This document shows, one piece after another, positions 58,331 to 64,000 of a stretch of 64,000 bases of DNA. Location: the NCBI RefSeq assembly GCF_036321535.1, contig NC_087437.1, positions 99,946,001-100,010,000 of the forward strand. The letters are read 5' to 3'. The notes under the pieces were generated by a model. That model made no database searches. It saw only the letters and a program-made list of their open reading frames with translations, and was not told the origin of the DNA. The DNA is from Camelus dromedarius (Eukaryota). Every line of letters starts with the position of its first letter. Within the stretch, counting starts at the first letter, position 1. A program made the position numbers and the translations under genes.

Positions 58331-61149
58331 AAGTAACTCAGAAAAAACCTGAAAGGTAGAAAATACATTTAACTTAGAGTAAAAAAAGAAAAACCAAACC
58401 AAAACAAACAAACAAAAAAACCTCTCTCGACGGGGTTACTGCTTGCCTAGTGCTTTTGATTCTAATACTTTTTCTCAGAAATCACCTTGGTTTCTGTGTA
58501 TGAAAAATTCATAAAGAATACCCACTGTATCCCAGGTTTAAAGTGAGGATTTTCCAAGAGAGTATTATTTCTTTAGGTTGCAATAGTCATGTTAATCACC
58601 TAATACCATGTTTGAACTACACATGAATGGACAAGACCAAAATTCCAATACATCAAAGGACTCAAGTTTGATAATAACAACTTGGAAGCAATCAGAGAAT
58701 GGTTAAGGAAAGAATTGTCAGCAACTGAAGGATAGCAGTGGGAATTAACCAGTACCTATCATGGGGCTATGACCACAAATTCACTATGAGATAAACAGAA
58801 TAGCCACAGAAGCCAGAATGAACCCCTGGCTCAGGTTTAGACTTGACAATTGGACAGCCTAGTAAAAGACCTAGAGTGGATTAGGAAAGTTTGAGTATTA
58901 GTAGCAGCAAACATATAGAATAATAGGGGCGAGATCAAAGATACTTCACTGTGCTTACGTGCAAGAGAAGATTGAGAAACAAAACTATGGAGTAAAAAAC
59001 TTGGAAAGTCAAAGATACATAAGGTATTGTCTCCAAATCAGCTTTTTTCATTCAAAAGCAACACTAGCTAAATCATTTCAAAATTCTTTATTTTTACTAT
59101 TTCTTTTGGTTTTACTTAAAAGTAAACAAAAACCCTACACCATTCTCTGTCCTATGTTATAAATAGGCACCAAAATGACATAATGATAAAATCAATGTTA
59201 ACACAATTAAAAGTAAGAGTTTCTTTTGACTTCTATCCTAAAATTAGTATTCAAAAGGTACTTGTTTGGTAAATGAGTGAGCCAGAGTAGGAGAAATAAG
59301 TCACTTAATATTTGGCTCACCTTGTGCCAGGTATTATACTGGACGAAAAAAATAAATTAGAACATACTTGACCATCTATCTTTACTCATAATATCATGTT
59401 ACTGAACTGCTCATTTCTGAGATAACTTGGTACATTTTTTTAAATTCTTTTGTTGATTCTAGCAGTTCCATATTTTCTCATTATCCCTCCTTTCCTGCAG
59501 GCATTTGTGCATAAAATTGTTTTTAAACCATAAAGTTGTTGTTATAAATGGTGCTCTCTTTGACGAAGAAGGCTGTACTTGACAGATTAATGATACTAAG
59601 TTATTTAATAACCTCCTATCTTTAAATAACTTATAAGAGACACAGTTCATTTGTTTATTTTCAGTCCTTGGACTTTGTATAGGCAGTTAAGACACAGGAA
59701 GGAATTAGAGCAAACTCATTTCTGCCTCAGGAACTAGGGTTGAGCTCTTCTCCCTGTGTCGAATATTTATTTAAATTTCCATGCAGAGTCAAGTGCCAAT
59801 TACATTAAAACAATCTAGACATCTTTAAAATCTAAAGGCTCATTCATTGGGTAAGCTGGCTTCCAAGATTTATGGAAATAGTGATTTCATAGAAGTCTGT
59901 AGTAACTTGTTCCCTTACCTAAGGTGCCCATTGAACTAAACAACACAAATGCAAAATTTTATGGGAAAAATTTTATTAGGTAGCCATAGGTGGAAACATC
60001 AAACTTCTCTGCTGATTTCTCTTAAATGAAGAACATTAAATATCATAAAATAAAATGTATAATTAGGTTTATGTCCCCCAAAGACTAATGTTAGAAAACA
60101 GGCCTATCTGATCATTTAAATTTATTTTAAAAATGAGAATTTGCTTAAGTGTTTTATGTTTACTCCTTTAACTCTTAAATTCAAATAGATTTTATTCTTT
60201 GAATTTTTTTGAGCCTTGGGCATTTTTCTACAATTTGTTTAACTGAATATTCTCTGAAGGTAGATTTTATGTGTGTGTATACTTGTTTGATTTTGCTTTT
60301 ACTCAGTCGAAATACACTTCATCTAACTTCTTCTCCATATTTCCAGTTGCTTTGTAAAAAATAACTTGAAGCAGGTGTATAAAGTTGAATGGAACTCATT
60401 GTGGGAACACATCAGATTTGTTAGAAATTTAACTTGGTTTTTATGAAATATTACATATTTTAAAAAACTGGTAGCCAAGTTTTAGAAACTACTCATTCTT
60501 GGTTTGTGGATATATACGACCTTACTTACTAAAATACATTTATCTGTTTCATTATACTCTGTTTACATCAGTTGTGACAGTCACTGTCATTTCGTAATTT
60601 TTTAAATGTCAGCACATAAGAAGTCCCCGATTAGTATATTTATTCTACTCTGGATACTATGACAAGTTTTTATGATTTTGCTACAGCCATAGGAAAAACC
60701 TTGACTTGTTTTCCTTAAGGTTCCACATAGTGGTGGCTGTTTGCTCCTCATTTAAGTCTGAAAGTTCAAAACTGTAACTATGCTTTATGGCACGCCTGAT
60801 CAAACATTTTTAAACCACTATTTTTAAAGATGTATTTTCTCAGCAACCTTTAAAGAAATGAATGCTGGGTAAACTTTACTACTGATTCATAACATTTATT
60901 TTTAATACGCTTTGTATCCTAGCACCGTGTTTCACATTTCACATGAGTTTCAGCTCAGGCCTGAAGTCAGAGTTCCTGTGGCTGCTTATCTCTGCATGGG
61001 CACTGATTATCCTTCTCTTTCATCAACAGTTGAATAACAATATGTAGGTTGTTTGAAGTAGGCAAAGAGACAGAGTTTACTTTTTCAGACTCCCTACTCT
61101 CACAGCAAGTTCCAAATTTGTATTACTCAGGGTTCTCCAAAGAAACCAA

Positions 61150-63110
61150 ACCAACAGAAAAATATCTACTCACAAACAACAACCCATTAGAAGATAAAAC
61201 AGAAGGCTCCCTTTACAATGACAATGAAAAAAGAATGTCTAGGAATAAACTTAAGAATAAATGGAAAGTCCTTATTCAGGAGACTAAGGTGTTATGGACT
61301 TAAATGAAAAGTTAAACAAATAAAATTACATTAGTTGTTCTTGGATAAGAAGACTTAATATTGTAAAGACAAATATTCTCCCTGAGCTAATCTATAAATG
61401 CATTAGTACCCAAGGAAACTCACTTGCTAGATGTTTTTTAATTAGCAAGGTAATTCTAAAGGTTATGAAAACAACAAAGGAAAAACAACGTGGCAGGTTA
61501 ACAGTACCAGATATTAAAACATATTTTAAAGCTTCAATAATCTGAAGTGTGGTGCTAGTGCATGAGTAAACAATCATAAAAGGAACAGACTAAAAAATAC
61601 ACAAAATATAAACAGGAATTTAAGCCATGATTAAAATAGCATTTCAAATCATTAGGGAAAAAGGATTATTTAACATATGGGAAGATTAAATATAAATGTC
61701 AAAAATGAAACCAAACGTACTAAAAACACAAAAGTGAATTTTTTGTTTAAGACCTTTACCTAGGAAGGACCTTTTTAGGCAGACATAAAATCTGGAAGCC
61801 ATTAAATAAAAGACAAATACACTTGACTCCATAAAAATTAAAATATGCGTTAAAATACTACCACAAACAGAATCAGAAGGCAAAAGTCAAATTGAGGGGG
61901 AAAATACAACTTATAGACAAAGAACATACTATAGTATATAAACAATTTTAAGAATCAACAAGATACACCTGCCAATCCTATTGAGAAATGGGAGAACTAT
62001 ATGAAATTCAGAGACATGGAAATAAAAGTGGCTCTTAAAAGTGTAAAAGATGTAAAACTTTACATGAAACAAGACAAACATTAAAAGAAAACCGAGACAC
62101 CATTTTCTACTATCTGACAATGGGAAAATCTGGACTGTCATTGCTGATGGGAGGGTGACTTTGCTATAACCTTTTTGTATAGGCAATTTTAAGAATCTAT
62201 CAAAATTATCATTGCACATACTCTTTGATCCCATTATTCCACTGTAGAAATTTACCTAGTAGGTACCCATGAAAACGACTGTGTGAGTTTTCTGTCGCTG
62301 TTGTAACAAAATGCCACAAACTTAAAACACATGCACTTACTATCACAGTTTTGTAGGTCAGAAATCCAACGGGTTAAGCTGGTTTTTGGCTTAGAATCTC
62401 ACAGGGCTGAAATCAAATGCTGCCAGGGCTGTGCTCATTCTGGAGGCTTCAGGGAAGAATCTGTTTCCTACTGAGTCAAGTGGTTAAGCTTTTAGCAAAA
62501 TCCATTCCTTGGCAGTGGTAGATATGAGATCTCTGTTGTTTTGATTACTGCCATGTGAGGACTGTTACCACCTTCCAGAGGCTGCGCGCATTCCCTGGAT
62601 CCTGGCCCCTTTCCTCTATCTTCTCATGCTCCAAATCTCCTCTGCCTCTTCTTCCATCATTGCATCAGTCTGACTCGTTTGCCTTGCTTTTCTGATTTTC
62701 AGGACCTATATGATTACATTGAGCCCACGTGGATAATCTGGGATAATCTCTGTATTTTAAGATCTGTAACCATAATTTCATCTGCAAAGTCCCTTTGCCA
62801 TGCATCATAACACACACAGGCATAATACTGGAGGGCAAAGATCATGAGTATTAGAATTCTGCCCATCTCAATGACATTCATCCAAAACTATTTACAGCAG
62901 CAATGTTTCCACTAGTAAAAAATGAATGAAAACAACCTAAATGCACACCAAAGGGAACCGACTAAATTTTGGAGACTCACACAATGGAATATCATACAGT
63001 TGCAGGTAAACATTGAGGAAGAGCTTTATTTTCTCATATAGAAAGCTCTCCAAGACTTGTTCTTAAGTGGAAAAAAAGGTGTAGAATCCTAGTTTTATAA
63101 ATTACGCTAC
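61150..63110 (+). mobile_element. Old L1 (L1ME-type) ORF2 3' part, interrupted by MLT1
   Basis: tctaggaataaactta, gttcttggataagaagacttaatattgtaaaga, taccagatattaaaacatatt, ctttgatccc, acagcagcaatgttt, cacaatggaata. Confidence 0.85.
62280..62870 (-). mobile_element. MLT1 (C/D-type) MaLR solo LTR with 5-bp TSD
   Basis: tgtgtgagttttctgtcgctgttgtaacaaa...gattacattgagcccacgtggataatc...agaattctgcccatctca; TSD acgac / atgac. Confidence 0.9.
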
Positions 63111-63926
63111 AGGATATTTTTTCTATGAATGAAAACAAAACAAAGGAAATAAAGATCATATTTTTGTTTGTTAGAAAAGACATTTCAAGTAGAGTAAAAG
63201 ATATATAAATGGCCTATAACTTTCATAGCATGCAATTTAATTTCAGCAAAATTTTTAAAAAATGGTTAAATGAATTTCAGTATGAATCTTTTTTTTTTTT
63301 TTAATAGTTAAGGGGCTTTGGTAAGAGAGGAAAAAAATGGGTCCAAATTAAAGTTAGTCATGGAATTGCATACAAAGAGGGCTGAATATCTTTTGCATAT
63401 TCTAAATACGTGTCTCGTTTTCACTTTCAGTTCTTAAGCATGCTATATGTGAGTGGTCTGCTGCTGTCTACAGATTTAGCAATAACTAAGAAAACTGCAG
63501 AATACTCCTTTAAATTAGATTATCACATTATTCTTTAGATCAAACCAACATTTTTGAGGAAAGCATATTGTAAAGTTGAATTATATTTTTTAAGCCTCAA
63601 GTGCAAAATGATAAATTCAAATTCCAGCCAATGGTACTTCTGACACCTCCAAAATACGTGAGGAATTTTCTATAATCTTTCTCTAAACAAGACTAGGTTT
63701 ACTTTTGTTCTATGTATGTATGAAGGTATGTATTATGTATGCATGAATGTATTTTTGATAACAACAAGATCATGTTTCCTTGTTTCTCTTCTTACTGTCT
63801 TTTTGCCTGTTACATCAATATTTCAGGCTCAATATATCCAAGGTCAGAAAAATATTTCTCTTTCCTATGCTGCCCCAACCCCCAAGTTTATCTCTTTTTC
63901 TGATGTCTCTATTTCTGTTAATATAT

Positions 63927-64000
63927 CTGTCTTAGTTTACTAGGTTGCCATTATATCACAAACTGGGTGGCTTAAACAATAGAAATTCATTTTCTCACAG
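63927..64000 (-). mobile_element. MLT1 LTR end, runs off the window
   Basis: tgtcttagtttactaggttgcc...caaactgggtggcttaaacaatagaaattcattttctcacag. Confidence 0.85.

Noticed and set aside
1..64000. A novel multi-gene biological system
   Set aside because: No intact coding sequence, operon-like structure, RNA gene or regular array; the structure seen is explained by known repeat classes plus unique non-coding DNA.

Overview
AT-rich, CpG-depleted mammalian non-coding DNA (intergenic or deep intron), most likely camelid: it carries a tRNA-Ala-derived Vic-1-type SINE and artiodactyl/camelid-type L1 3' tails. Roughly half is recognisable interspersed repeat: L1 fragments of several ages, L2, MIR, MaLR and ERVL LTRs, a degraded two-LTR ERVL provirus, hAT/Tigger MITEs and a long fossil hAT-Tip100-type transposase. 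I find no intact protein-coding gene. The recognisable ORFs in the track are retroelement fragments or microsatellite read-through; the rest look like chance ORFs. I cannot support a new biological system from this sequence. The best leads are structural: a three-level nest (ERVL > MLT2 > L1) whose L1 has only 5'UTR+ORF1 yet is flanked by a target-site duplication (TSD), a possibly spliced L1 copy, a cryptic 23-RSS, a 44-bp palindrome, a recursive-splice-like site and several exon-like segments in unique DNA. Repeat family names come from recalled consensus sequences, not a database search, so subfamily calls and many boundaries are approximate.
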